Shown: piece by piece, positions 13,297 to 26,069 of the stretch
Numbering within the stretch: position 1 is the first letter of the stretch
How the letters are laid out: each line of letters starts with the position of its first letter
The notes under the pieces: generated by a model
The model's input: only the letters and a program-made list of their open reading frames with translations
Database searches by the model: none
What the model was told of the DNA's origin: nothing
Assembly (NCBI RefSeq): GCF_030144855.1
Contig: NC_082710.1
Span: forward strand, 149,296,001 to 149,360,000
From: Hypanus sabinus
Lineage: Eukaryota
DNA length: 64,000 nt
Direction: 5' to 3'
Position numbers and translations under genes: made by a program

Positions 13297-16200
13297 GTGA
13301 GTGGTGATCAACTTGAAATGAGGGGGTGACAGGAAGGACCAGACATGGGGAGTGTAATGAAGAGCAATGGGAGGGATTGTGAGAGGTAGGGAATGGGGTG
13401 ACTGGGGATTGTGAGTGGGATGGGGTGACTGGATTGGGGGAACAGGGTGTCTGTGGGGTTTGTGGTGGGACGGGGTGACTGGGGTTTGTGGGGGGATGAA
13501 GTGACTGGGGATTGTGGAGGGATGGTGTGATTGTGAGGGGAATGGGGTGACTGGGTATTGTGGGGGGACGGGGTGTCTGTGGGTATTGTGTTGGGGCAGG
13601 GTGACTGTGCGTATTGTGGGGGGAAACGGGGTAACTGAGAATTGTGGGGGGTATGGGGTGACTGTGGGTATTGTGTTGGGACAGGGTGACTGTGGGTATT
13701 GTGGGGGGAAATGGGGTGACTGTGGGGATTGTGGGGGTGTTGTCTGAGCCACATTTGATGGATATGGATGTACCCCCCCCCCCCCCCCCGGGTTGTTCCA
13801 GGGATCCACACTCTACAGTTAATGCTCGGCTGTGAGCTCCGTGATGATGGGACCACCACCGGTTTCTGGCAGTACGGCTGGGACGGGTCGGATGTTCTCA
13901 GCCTCGACAAGGACCGGATGGTGTGGGTGACCCCTGTGCCCTGGGGTCAGATCACCAAAATCAAGTTGGACCGGAACACGGCCATAAACCAGTACAACAA
14001 GAGATACCTGGAACAGATCTGTACTGAGTGGGTGATGAAATACGTCAAGGCCGGGGAGAGTCACCTGGAACCCAGTGAGTTGGGAGAGTGAGGAGTGAGT
14101 GTGTGTCTGGGAGTGACTCCCCCTCGCCTACATCCCTCTCCGCCCCCTTGCCATCGTACACATCCACACCAGTCTCCTCTCGCCCCCGCCTCCTCTTCCC
14201 CCCGCGCTGTTTCTCCTTGACATTTCCTCTTTCCCTATGCCCTCTGCTCCTTCTCCCTTTCTGCCTCCACTCACTGCCTCCTCTCACACTCCCAGATCCC
14301 CCCGAAGTCTACTTCACCGCCTCCGAGGACAACCGCCTCCTCTCCTGTGTGGCCACTGGTTTCTACCCTCAGTCCATCGACGTGACTATTCTGCGGAATG
14401 GCCGGATCGTGGAGGAGACCCATTCCCACGGGATCCTGCCCAATCACGACAACACCTACCAGCTGACCAGGACGGTGCAGGTGGAGCCCACGGACACTGC
14501 AGAGTTCTCCTGTTGGGTGGAACACCGGGGTCTCCCCGAGCCCCTCGTCCTGATCCTGGGTAAGAGACATTCACTAGTGGGGCGGTACATGGGCAGTGAG
14601 AGTGAGGGGGTTTGGTTGACCACAGGCCCAGGAGAGGACGGAAAAGGAATCAGTGACTCTAAGACAGCATGGTTGTGGGATGGGAGGGTGTGGGTGGGGT
14701 TGGTGAAGGGAGAATTGGGGTAATCCTGTCTCTGTCACTGATGTGACTGTTCCTCTGAATCACAAATAGGTTCGAAGCCCAACTCCATCCCAATCTGGAT
14801 CCTCGCTATATTTGTGGTCCTGGTGATCCTGGTGGTCGTCATCGCTGTTGGTGTTGCCTACAAAAACAAAGGTAGCACTGGAGGGAGTTGGACTATTCCC
14901 CTGGGGAAAGGGGCTTGGGCAGGGTGTGTCCTCCTGGCATTCCTCAGCAAACCCCATCCCAGCACCCTTGTGTTTCTACACCCAAGGGTGCCCACATCCA
15001 ACACTGTCTGTCTTCACCCCACCATTCCCCACCTCTCTTCCTTTTCTCGTTATAACGGTTTCCACTTCTTGATTGTCCTTAATGTGTCAACCTCTATCAC
15101 CACCAGCAGTGTTCCACACAACCCTGTGATGTCACCATCCCCCCGCCTCTGTACTTCAATCATCTTACAAGCATGTTCTTTGGTATTTGGCATTGCTTCC
15201 CTGGTTTAAAAAAAAAAGTTGGTTGTCCACTTTATCTATATCTCTTATCATCTTATAGACTAAAGATCACTTTGTACTCTACTTGCCCCCAGTGCAAAAG
15301 TCACCGAGTCAGACTGGATGGAATTAGTCCCTTTGGCCTGACATGCCATTGCTGGGTACTTGCTTGCATACTCTGATCCCACTTCCTTGCCCTCTCTATC
15401 TTGGTGTTTCAAGTACCTGTCTAGATCTATCTTCAATGTTGTGAGAGTCTGTTCTCACCGCCCCATCAGTGTGTTCGATTCCAGCCACCCTCTGGGGTTG
15501 TGGGGTGGGGGGAGGTTGGTGGTGTGTGAAACATTCTTTCTTCCAGTCACTCCCACCGTTCTTGCTTCTCAGTTCCAGATTCTGATCTTGGACTCCTCTG
15601 CTCTGGGAAATCAATTTCTCCTACTTGCTCTACCTAAGCCTCTCATTACCGTGTGCATCTTATCTGATGGACCTGACCAGGGTCTCTGTGTTTTTCAGCA
15701 GCGTGTTTCTCAGCAGGGAACAAAGGCTACAATCCCACCAAAAGTAAGTTCGCTGTGAATCACAGCTGGATGTTTGTATTACATTGTTCATATTCACTGT
15801 GTCTCATCTAGAGAACTGGAATGTCTTGGTATGTATGTGCTTCTTGTGTAAGTCTTCTTTGCTATGTGTGATTATCTGTAAATACTGTCATGTACACGCA
15901 ATCCTGTAAACGTATCAGCAGCAATAGAACACACCTGGAGTCTGATTTTACTGTTAACAAAACACTGTTTTATTATTGTATAGTATATACATTGTATAGT
16001 AACTTAAACCAGGTAAATCAAGAGTTAATGGTGTTATGCATGTATAGGTGTAAATATATAAATCCCAAACTTATTCAAGCTCAGGTAACAAGAGTTACAG
16101 TCTTACGATGGTATGTAAGAAAAGTTCAGTTCAGATGGGATTGAAGATAGAGAGAGAGATATACTTGTAATCTGAATAAACAGGTGTCGTCGATCCTCCT

Positions 16201-16755
16201 CATTGTCCTCCTAATCTTCCAAGTCAACCAAACATGACCAACTTAAGAGCGCCGTCTTCAAGTGATAACCTACCAACCCAGGCAAGGGTTAGACACACTT
16301 GTAGATTCCACAGGGTCGCCCTTTACACGCACTAATAGTCACGGATCATTTCCTCTTAATCGATCCTCAGCCCACCCTTTGTGAGTACTTAAAAGTTCAG
16401 TGGCAGTTTCTGCCACCAGCCTTGGTGCATCTGTGTCCTGTGAAATGAGCAGTAACACCCGTTTAGCTATCATTGAGCTGACACCAGCTGTCCATCATGT
16501 AGCTCCTCCTCTCCCTCTCCCCCCTCCCCTCAGCTGTGGGATATGGTTCTTAAAGGCACACTCCATAATGAATAAAACTTAAGATTCCATCAACAATACT
16601 GTACCTGTGTTTGTTCGGTGGTGTATTGTGTGATGTGGCTGTCTTTGTTTCTCTGAGTCTGCACTGCATTGGTAATAAATGTTTTCCTGCCTGTCCTTCC
16701 ATTCACAGCTTCTGACAAAGGAGAATCCTCCTCCAACTCCTCTGCCACGGCCTGA
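13036..16755 (+). CDS. MHC class I heavy chain gene A (exons 2-7; leader exon not in window)
   Basis: Six exons join in frame through phase-1 GT-AG introns: 13036-13296, 13802-14074, 14296-14559, 14770-14871, 15714-15743, 16709-16755. The product runs GSHSLHFLYTG...NQTG / GIHTLQLMLGCEL...ICTEW / Ig-C1 alpha3 / TM / GYNPTK / SDKGESSSNSSATA*. No stops or frameshifts. Confidence 0.96.
13390..13740 (+). repeat. G/T-rich degenerate minisatellite in intron 2 of gene A
   Basis: Repeated ggggtgactg(t)ggg(t/g)attgtg units of ~20-30 bp, followed by C17 at 13773-13789. Confidence 0.85.
13802..14074 (+). CDS. Class I gene A exon 3, alpha2 domain (273 nt)
   Basis: Acceptor ttccag|GG and donor A|gtgagt. 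GIHTLQLMLGCELRDDG...YGWDG...ITKIKL...RYLEQICTEWVMKY, with the conserved C101-C164 pair. Confidence 0.97.
14296..14559 (+). CDS. Class I gene A exon 4, alpha3 Ig-C1 domain (264 nt)
   Basis: Acceptor ctcccag|AT and donor G|gtaaga. LSCVATGFYPQSIDVT...ILPNHDNTYQL...FSCWVEHRGL is a C1-set motif. Confidence 0.97.
14770..14871 (+). CDS. Class I gene A exon 5, connecting peptide and transmembrane helix
   Basis: Acceptor aatag|GT and donor G|gtagca. SKPNSIPIWILAIFVVLVILVVVIAVGVAYKNK. Confidence 0.92.
15714..15743 (+). CDS. Class I gene A exon 6, cytoplasmic (Tyr motif)
   Basis: Acceptor ctcag|CA and donor A|gtaagt. (A)GNKGYNPTK, in phase with exons 5 and 7. Alternative in-frame acceptors lie nearby. 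Confidence 0.8.
15886..16510. mobile_element. Possible LTR-like interspersed repeat in intron 6 of gene A
   Basis: Begins TGTCATG and has an LTR-like composition. No TSD was verified. Confidence 0.3.
16709..16755 (+). CDS. Class I gene A exon 7, terminal cytoplasmic exon
   Basis: Polypyrimidine tract then ttcacag|CT. (T)SDKGESSSNSSATA-TGA, a Ser-rich tail typical of elasmobranch class I. Confidence 0.85.
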
Positions 16756-17312
16756 GGTAGGAACCGTGTTGGACACCGGTCAATGCTGGGCTTCTCAGCT
16801 CTTGTCACTGGAGCTGGAGCTGGTCATTACAGCACAGTCTGGGCACTGAGAAATCCCAGTCCGGAACCGGAACTGTGGGAGGGGGTGTAACCAGTCCCCA
16901 CAGCACCTCAACCTGGGAATGGCCTCCTGCTCCGTTCCATTCCAGGAATCCAGTGCCCAGTTTTCATGGTTTGTCATTGGAATTGCTGCTTTTCCAGGGT
17001 TGCCCACCACTGGTGTTTTGGGGTGGAGGTGGGCTAGGTGTTGTAGGGAGAGTTTGGGGTACGGGGGTGTTGTGGGTGATTTACGGTGGTGGGGGCAGAT
17101 GGGTTTTGTGGGATGTGTTATGGTTGTGGTGTGGTGGGGAATGGGTTTAATGTTTGATTATGATGTACTGCTTATTGGGAATTGGAATCACTGGACATTA
17201 TTCCCAGTGTTGGGGGGGGGGGTTTAGTAGGTTTCATTGTCAGTGTTGGGGAGGTTTACTGCTGATGCCTCACTCCATAACCATTTCTCCTCGCCTCTCT
17301 CCCCCTCTGCAG

Positions 17313-17860
17313 GAAATTCAGTTCACGGTGGGATATTGATGAAGGAATCTATGGGAACAGAGTGTAATCCTGGGACCCTGGGTGATTAGCGAGTTATTCT
17401 CCAGGGAAATCAATGATTTATGCTTTGATCTTCATGCTTGGGAATACTGATAATTTGCTGATTCACTGCAAGAGAATGTTGTTTTGTTTTTCAAAGGAAG
17501 CTGAATTACTTTAGCGTGTGTGGGATGAAGGGAAGGGGCTTAGTGGGGAACAGCTCTGACCCACAGCTCAGCCCTGGTCGGCATCTGGAGACTCACAGCT
17601 GGACGAATAGATTTGCTCATTCAGTCAATTTGACTGTTGACTGAGAGTGGCTTCTGGCCCGTGTGGGATGGGAGGGGAGTAGATGTTAGGTCCTTGAGTT
17701 ATGTTGTCACTTTAACCCATGGGCTGTGGGGGTAATCACAGGGAGATCTGGAAATGTGATTTTATGCTGGTGGTGGGGAGGGAGGGAAAGGTTCATTTGT
17801 GCTTCAATGTCAAGGCTTTTTAATACAGAATCCAAATAAAGTCGATGTTTACTCCATCTC
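17313..17860 (+). other. Probable non-coding 3' UTR exon of gene A
   Basis: Donor G|gtagga lies 1 nt after the stop. Strong acceptor ttctcctcgcctctctccccctctgcag| ends at 17312. AATAAA at 17835-17840. Confidence 0.5.
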
Positions 17861-18279
17861 CCTGTCTGGCGGTGTTTGTGGTGGTGGGAACATTGGAATT
17901 TGAAGGATGCAGCCACTAGGACTCCGGACAATGTGGGAATGATGTGTATTATGGATTTAAGGAGAATCTGCATTTCTGGGAGGGTGTGGGAGAAGACATG
18001 AGGAGTGGTTCCTGATGAGGCAACAGTGACCAGGGAGAGATCTGGCAAGGACCAATAAAATGGTGTCTGGTACAGTGGTGACTATGTTTCTGAGAAGCTC
18101 CTAGTTACCTTCTGCAAAGTTGGAAGTCAAGGATTTACCTAATTGCACCATCATTCAGAATCAGGTTTAATATCAGTGGCAATGTCATGAAAATTGTTGT
18201 TTTGTGGCAGTTATCACCTCTCAACCATCAGGCTCTTGATCCAGGGGCAGTAACCAACAGGTTTCCAAAACGTCTTTAG

Positions 18280-21200
18280 ACTTGGGAAAAGAATTAGCCC
18301 ATTTGGTCATCAAGTCTGCTCCGACTTTAAACCATGGCTGATCCCTTTTTCTTCTCCTCAGCCCCACTCCCTGGCCTTCTCCCCATAACCTTTGATGTCA
18401 TGTCCCATCAAAACCTGACCAGCTCTGCCTTAAATACACCCAACGACCTGGTCTCCACAGCTGCCTGTGGTAATAAATTCCACAAATTCACCACCTTCTG
18501 GCTAAAGAAATCTCTGTATCTCTGTTTTAATGGATGCCCCTCTGTCCTGAGGCTGTGCCCTCTTGTCCTATACTCCCCCACCATGGGAAACATCCTTTCC
18601 ACATCTACTCTGTCCAGGCCTTTCAACATTAGAAAGGTTTCAATGAGGTCCCCCCTCATCCTTCTGAATTCCAGTGAGCACAGACCCAGAGCCATCAAAC
18701 ATTCCTTGTATGATAACCCTTTCATTCCCAGAATCATCCTTGTGAACCTCCTCTGGGTCCTCTCCAATGCCAGCACATCTTTTCTTAGATGAGGAGCCCA
18801 AAACTGTTCACAATACTCAGTGAGGCCTCACCAGTGCCTTATAAGGCCTCAGCATCACATCCCTGCTCTTGTATTCGAGACCTCTTGAAATGAATGCTAA
18901 CATTGCATTTGCCTTCCTCACCATCGACTCAACCTGCAAATTAACCTTCAGGGTGTTCTGCACAAGGACTCCCAAATCTCTATGCATCTCAGATTTCTGG
19001 ATTTCCTCCCTGTTTAGAAAATAGTCTGCTCATTTATTTCTACTACTAAAGTGCATGACTTTGCATCTTCCAACATTATATTTCATTTACCATTCTCTTG
19101 CCCATTCTAATCTGTCTAAGTCTTCCTGCAGCCTACCTGTTTCTTCAACACTACCTGCCCCTCCACTAATCTTCATATCATTTGCAAACTCGGCAACAAA
19201 GCCATCTATTCCATCATCTAAATCATTGATATACAGCATAAAAAGAAGCTGTACCAACACCGACCCCTGTAGAACACCATTAGTCTCTGGCAGCCAACCA
19301 GAAGACAATCCTTTTATTCCCACTGGCTGCCTCCTACCAATCAGCCAATGCTCTAACCATGTTAGTAAATTTCCTGTAATACCATGGGCTCTTAACTTGG
19401 TAAGCAGCCTCATGTGTGGCACCTTGTCAAAGGCCTTCTGAAAGTCAAAATGTACAACATCCACTGCATCCCCTTTATCTATCCTACGTGCAATCTCAAA
19501 AAATTCCAACAGGTTCATCAGGCAAGATTTCCCCTGAAGGAAATCATGCTGACGTTGTCCTGTCTTGCCCTGTGTCCCCAAGTACTACTTAACCTCATCC
19601 TTTACTCCAACATCTTACCTGTCATTGAGGTCAGACTAACTGGTCTATAATTTCCTTTCTACTGCCGCCCTCTTTAAAGAATGGAGTGATATTTGCAATT
19701 TTGCAATCCTCTGGCATCATGGCAGAGTTCAATAATTTTTGAAAGATCATTACTAATGCCTCCAAAATCTCTACCACTACCTGTTCCAGAACCCTAGGGT
19801 GCAGTTCATCTGGTCCCGGTGACTTGTGTAGCCTTGAGACTTTAAGCTTTTCTGAGCACCTTCTCCCTTGTAATGCACTCGCTTCTCATCCTTCACACCC
19901 TTGAACATCAGGCATACTTGCTTATGGCTTCCAAGTGAAGACTGATGCAAAGCACTCATTTAGTTCATCTGGCATCTCCTTGTCCCCGTTGATATTTCTC
20001 TGGCCTCATTTTGAAGTGGTCCTATATCCACTCTTACCTCTCTTTCATTTTTTACATACTTGGAAAAAGTTTTTATTATCCACTTTGATATTGTTTGACA
20101 GCTTGCTTTCAGAATTAATCTTTTCCCTCCTAATGATTCATTTAGTTGCTGTCTGTAGCTTTTTAAAAGATTTCCAATCCTCTGTCTTCCTGCTAATTTT
20201 GCTTTGTTGTATGCCCTCTCTTTGACTTTTACATTAGCTTTGTCTTCCCTTGTCAGCCACGGTTGTACTATTTTGCTATTTCAATATTTCTTCATTTTTG
20301 AAATACATCTATCCCTTGTCTTCCTCATTTTTCCCAGAAGCTCAAGCCATTGCTGCTCTGCTGTCATCCCTGCCAGCATCTCCTTCCAATTTATTTTGGC
20401 CAACTCCCCTCACGTAATACTGTAATTTCCCTTACTCCACTGAAATACTGCTACATCAGACTTCACTTTCTCTCTTATCAAATTTCAAGCTGAACTCAAT
20501 CATATTGCAATCACTGGTTCCTAAGGTTCTTTTACCTTAAGCTCCCTAATCACCTCCGGTTAATTACATAACACCCAATCCAGTATAGCAGATCCCCTCG
20601 TAGGCTCAATGGCAAACTGCTCTAAAAAGCCATCTCATAGGCATTCAACCAACTCACTCTCTTGAGATCCATTTCCAACCTCATTTTCCAATCGACCTGC
20701 ATGTTAAAATCTCCCATGACTGTCATAACATTGCCCTTTTGACTTGCCTTTTCTATTTCTTGTTGTAATCTGTGGTCCACATCCCAGCCCCTGTTGGGAG
20801 GCCTGTATATAACTGCTATCAAGGTCCTTTTACCCTTGCAGTTTCTCAACTCAACCCACAAGGATTCAACATATTCTGATCTTATGTCACATCTTTCTAC
20901 TGATCTGATGCCATTTTTTTTTTAACCAACAGAGCCACGACACTCCCTCTGCTTTTTTTTCTATCCCTCCGATACAACGTGTAACCTTGGATGTTTAGCT
21001 CCCAGCTACAACCATCTGTCAGCCACGATTCAGTGATGGCTACAACAGCATACCTGACAATCTGTAAATGTCCTTCATACATTGAGATATAACACTGAGT
21101 ACTGTGATCCTTTTCGATTTTGCATCCCCAATACACATACTCACCCTGTTGGCTGCAATTTTGTCCTATTATCTGCCTGCTCTTCCTGACAGTCTGACTG

Positions 21201-22100
21201 CACGCTATCTTTGCTTATTTACTATCCATCCTACCCCGAGTCCCTTCACTCCAGACCCCAACCTGTTCAGCTGTATCCCATAACTTTTGAACAGGTTGTA
21301 TCTCCTCCAGAAGAAATCCCAATGATCCAAGAACCTGAAGCCCTGCCCCCACACCAGCTTCTCAGCCATGCATTAATTTGCTGAATTATCCTATTTCTAC
21401 CCTCACTGGTTCATGGCACAGGTAGCAATCCGGAAATTACTACCCTGGAGATCCTGCTTCTCAGCTTTCTGCCAGCTGTCTAAATTCTCTCTTCAGGACC
21501 TCTATGCTTTTCATTCCTATGTTATTGGTACCAATATGTACAAAGACATCTGGCTGTTCTCCCTCCCTTTCCAAAATATTGTAGACGTGATCCAAGATGT
21601 ACCTGACCCTGGCACCAGGGAGACAACATAACTCATCCTGGTGTCCCATTCATATCCACAGAATCTCCTGTCTGTTCCCTGACTATTGAGTCCCCTATCA
21701 CTACCATTCCCCTCTTCTCCTTCTTTCCCTTCTGCACCATGGACCTATGTTCAGTGCGAGTAACCCAGTCTCCATGGCACTCACCTGGGAGGTCGTCCCC
21801 CACAACAGTATCCAAAACGGTACACTTATTGAGGGGAATGGCCACAGGGGTGCTCTGTGCTAACTGTCTATTCACATTTCCATTTCCCCTGACAGTCACC
21901 CAGCTACTCGCCTCCTGCAATTTTGGGGTGACTACTTCCCTGTATCTCGGATTGGTCCTCATTCTCCCATACAAATCAAAGGTCATCCAGCTGCCGCTCC
22001 AGATCCCTGACACAGTCTTCAAGGAGTTGCACCTGGATGCACTTCATGCAGATGTAGTTCCCTGGGAGACTTTGGGTCTTCTCTGCCTCCAACAAACAGT
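18280..22100 (-). mobile_element. Near full-length degraded CR1 LINE
   Basis: Minus translations give ORF1 (VVIGDSIV), EN (WVELRNCKG...MGDFN), RT (DFQKAFDKVPH, FANDMK) and the C-terminal LEFRRMRGDL. Confidence 0.9.
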
Positions 22101-22139
22101 ATGAAGAGCACACAAAAACCATTTATTACACTAGGTACA

Positions 22140-24645
22140 GTAAGAGAAAAAATGGGAACCTTAAGACATGAAAGAATAGGACCTATCAAGTGTGACAGTG
22201 GGAAAGTGTGTATGGAACTGGAGGAAATAGCAGAGGTACTTAATGAATACTTTACTTCAGTATTCACTATGGAAAAGGATCTTGGTGATTGTAGTGATGA
22301 CTTGCAGCAGACTGAAAAGCTTGAGCAGGAAGATATTAAGAAAGAGGATGTGCTGGAGCTTTTGGAATCCATCAAGTTGGATGTCGCTGGGCCCGGATGA
22401 GATGTACCCCGGGCTACTGTGGGGGGCGAGGAAGGAGATTGCTGAGCCTCCGGCGATGACCTTTGCATCATCAATAGGGACAGGAGAGGGTCCAGAGGAT
22501 TGGAGGGTTGCAAATGTTGTTTCTTTATTCAAGAAAGGGAGTAGAGATAGACCAGAAAATTATAGACCAGTGAGTCTTAACTCAGTGGTTGGGAAGTTGA
22601 TGGAGAAGATCCTGATAGGCAGGATTTATGAACATTTGGAGAGGCATAATATGATTAGCAATAGTCAGCATGGCTTTGTCAAGGGCAGGTCGTGCCTTAT
22701 GAGCCTGATCGAATTTTTTGAGGATGCGACTAAACATATTGATGAAGTAAGAGCAGTAGATGTAGTGTATATGAATTTCAGCAAGGCATTTGCTAAGGTA
22801 CCCCATGTAAGGCTTATTGAGAAAGTAAGGAGGCATGGGAACCAAGGGCACATTGCCTTGTGGATCCAGAACTGGCGTGTCCACAGAAAGCAAAGAGTGG
22901 TTGTAGATGGGTCATATTCTACATGGAGGCCAGTGACCAGAGGTGTGCCTTAGGGATCTGTTCTGGGACCCATACACTTTGTGATTTTTATAAATGACCT
23001 GGATGAGGAAGTGGAGGGATGGGTTAGTAAGTTTGCTGATGACACTAAGGTTGGAGGTGTTGTGGACAGTGTGGAGGGCTGTCAGTGGTTACAGCGGGAC
23101 GTTGATAGGATGCAAAACTGGGCTGAGAAGTGGCAGATGGAGTTCAACCTGAATAAGTGTGAAGTGGTTCATTTTGGAAGGTCAAATATGATGGCAGAAT
23201 ATAGTATTAATGGTAAGACTTTTGGCAGTGTGGAGGATCAGAGGGATCTTGGACTCCGAGTCCATAGGACGCTCAAAAGCAGCTGTGCAGGTTGACTCTG
23301 TGGTTAAGAAGGCGTATGGTGTCTTGGCCTTCATCAATCGTGGAATTGAATTTAGGAGCCGAGAGGTAAAGTTGCAGCTATATAGGACCCTGGTCAGACT
23401 CCATTTGGAGTACTGTGCTCAGTTCTGGTTGCCTCACTACAGGAAGGATGTGGAAGCCATAGAAAGGGTGCAGAGGAGATTTACAAGGATGGTTCCTGGA
23501 TTGGGGACATGGCTTATGAGAATAGGTTGAGTGAACTTGGTTTTCTCCTTGGAGTGACGGAGGATGAGGGCTGACCTGATAGAGGTGTAAAATGCAACGA
23601 GACCGAGGTGTCATTGTACACTAGTCATTGAAGGTGGGCATGCAAGTACAGCAGGCGGTGAAAAAGGCAAATGGTATGTTGGCATTCATAGCAAAAGGAT
23701 TTGAGTACAGGAGCAGGGAGGTTCTACTGCAGTTGTACAAGGCCTTGGTGAGTCTGCACCTAGAATATTGTGTGCAGTTTTGATCCCCTAATCTGAGGAA
23801 AGATATTCTTGCCATAGAGGGAGTACAAAGAAGGTTCACCAGATTGATTCCTGGGATGGCAGGACTTTCATATGAAGAAAGACTGGATTGACTAGGCTTA
23901 TACTCACTAGAATTTAGAAAATTGAGGGGGGATCTTATTGAAACATATAAAATTCTAAAGGGATTAGACAGGCTAGATGCAGGAAGGTAGTTTCTGATGT
24001 TGGGGAAGTCCAGAACGAGGGGTCACAGTTTAAGGATAAAGGGGGAAGCCTTTTAGGACCGAGATGAGGAAAAACTTCTTCACGCAGAGAGTGGTGTATC
24101 TGTGGAATTCTCTGCCACAGGAAACAGTTGAGGCCGGTTCATTGGCTATATTTATGAGGAAGTTAGATATGGCCCTTGTGGCTAAAGGGATCAGGGGGTA
24201 TGGAGAGAAAGCAGGTACAGGGTTCTGAATTGGATGATAAGCCATGATCATACTGAATGGCCTACTCCTGCACCTATTTTCTATGTTTCTATCTCTGTTT
24301 CTGTAAGATGTTGAGAGGCGTTGATTGTGTGGATAGTTAGAGGCTTTTTCCCAGGGCTGAAATGGTTGCCACAAGAGGACACAGTTTTAAGGTGCTGGGG
24401 AGTAGATACAGAGGAGAAGTCAGGGGTAGGTTTTTTACTCTAGAGTAGAGTGTGGAGTGGGCTGCCGGCAACAGTGGTGGAGGCAGATATGATGGGGTCT
24501 TTTAAGAGACTTTTGGATAGGTACATAGAGGTTAGAAAAGTAAGAGGGCTATAGGTAAGCCCAGTAATTTCTAGGGTAGGGACATGTTCGGCACAACCTT
24601 GTGGGCCAAAGAGCCTGTATTGTGCTGTAAGTTTTCTATGTTTCA
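22140..24645 (+). mobile_element. 5'-truncated CR1 LINE with a nested second CR1 (23591-24301)
   Basis: RT ORF pieces 22243-22953 and 22981-23530 (KFADDTK). The nested copy is flanked by TSD tgtaa at 23586-23590 and 24302-24306. Both have ttctatgtttc tails. Confidence 0.9.
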
Positions 24646-26069
24646 ATGTTAACAAAAGCTTACCCAGTCCCAACACTTCTTTTGAGCCAAAGTCCGATAC
24701 TCCTATTCTCGCCACTGGCCTACTCCCAACAATGGGGTCCCAAAAGTCCCTTCTGTACCTTTAAACAAGTGTCACTGACCTGTGAGAAACCTCGTCACTG
24801 TGGCCTGCTCCTGCTGCTGATTGGGCTACTTGTTTAATTTGCCTTTATAAAAATGTATTTACTGTAATGTACAGTGTTTTATTATTATGTTGCTGTTGCA
24901 GAACAAATTTCACGACAGTGATGATAAACCTGATTCTGATATTTATTGTTTATTTATTTATTAAGTATTTGTTCAGCTTGTGTTCCTTTGCACATTCATT
25001 GTTTGTCTTGTTGACTGCAATCTTTCATTGATTTTATTGTGTTTCTTAGATTTACTGTGAATGCTGGCAAATAAATGAATCTCGGGTTTTATTTTATTTG
25101 ATAATACATTTACTTTGAACTTTTTTTGAGTAGCACCATGCAATAGACAAAAACAACTATAAATTAAGAAATATTCCTCATTCATCTCACAAGTTGTCCT
25201 ATTTCTAATTATGGGGCTCCTTCACTCAGCCTGGTTCTGTTCTATATTATCAAAGCTTCTACAGTCCAGTGTTATTCAATATTACTCTGATCCTCTCTTT
25301 CTGCTTTTTGAACGGTGTGCATGTGGTGGGACTGACATGTGCCCGAGGGTCAGGTTTGTCACATTACACCATTCCTCCATGGATCCAACATTATCCGCAG
25401 CTTCTCCTGTGGCTGTGACTGAATTGCTTTTCCTCCTGCATTTCTACACCAGATGGAATGTATAACTGTTGTGGTTTCTACATCTGTTCCATAAATGTTA
25501 CCCCGTCTCTCTGCTCTCAGGCCTTGTAACTGAGTCTTCCCACCTTTCATAGACAACACGTTCCTCACACCTTCATGATTTTCTTGGTTTATTTTGGGGC
25601 CAGAGTGTCTGATCAAAGTGTACAATGTCCTGAGTCTGCAGGACTCTGTCAGTCTTAACCACAGAAACAGACTCTCCAGCCCACTATGTCTGTCCCAACC
25701 ATTAATGACCAATCCACATTATTCCCATTCACTGACACTTGGTCCATAACCTTCTCTGCCTTGGTTATTCAAGTGCTTCTCAAGGTATTTCTTAAACATT
25801 GTGAGTCTGTCCCTCCACCATCCCTCAAGTAGTGTGTTCCAGGTACCAAACCCCCCCCACCTTCATGTGAACATTCTTCCTCAGATCCCCTCTGAACCTC
25901 CTCACCATTGCCCGAACCGTCTCTCTAGTTTCAGACACATTTGCCATGGGTTAGGTTTCAAATATGGACGACCCTGTCTTTGCCTGTAAGGATATTGTAC
26001 CTCTGTCAGGTCTCCCCTCAGCATCCTCCACTCCAAGGGAAGGGGTCTATCCATTCTGTCCTTTATAAC

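Noticed and set aside
13249-13910. Pro/His/Ser-rich minus-strand ORFs of 186 and 200 aa
   Set aside because: They are the reverse complement of the G-rich intron 2 minisatellite and of class I exons.
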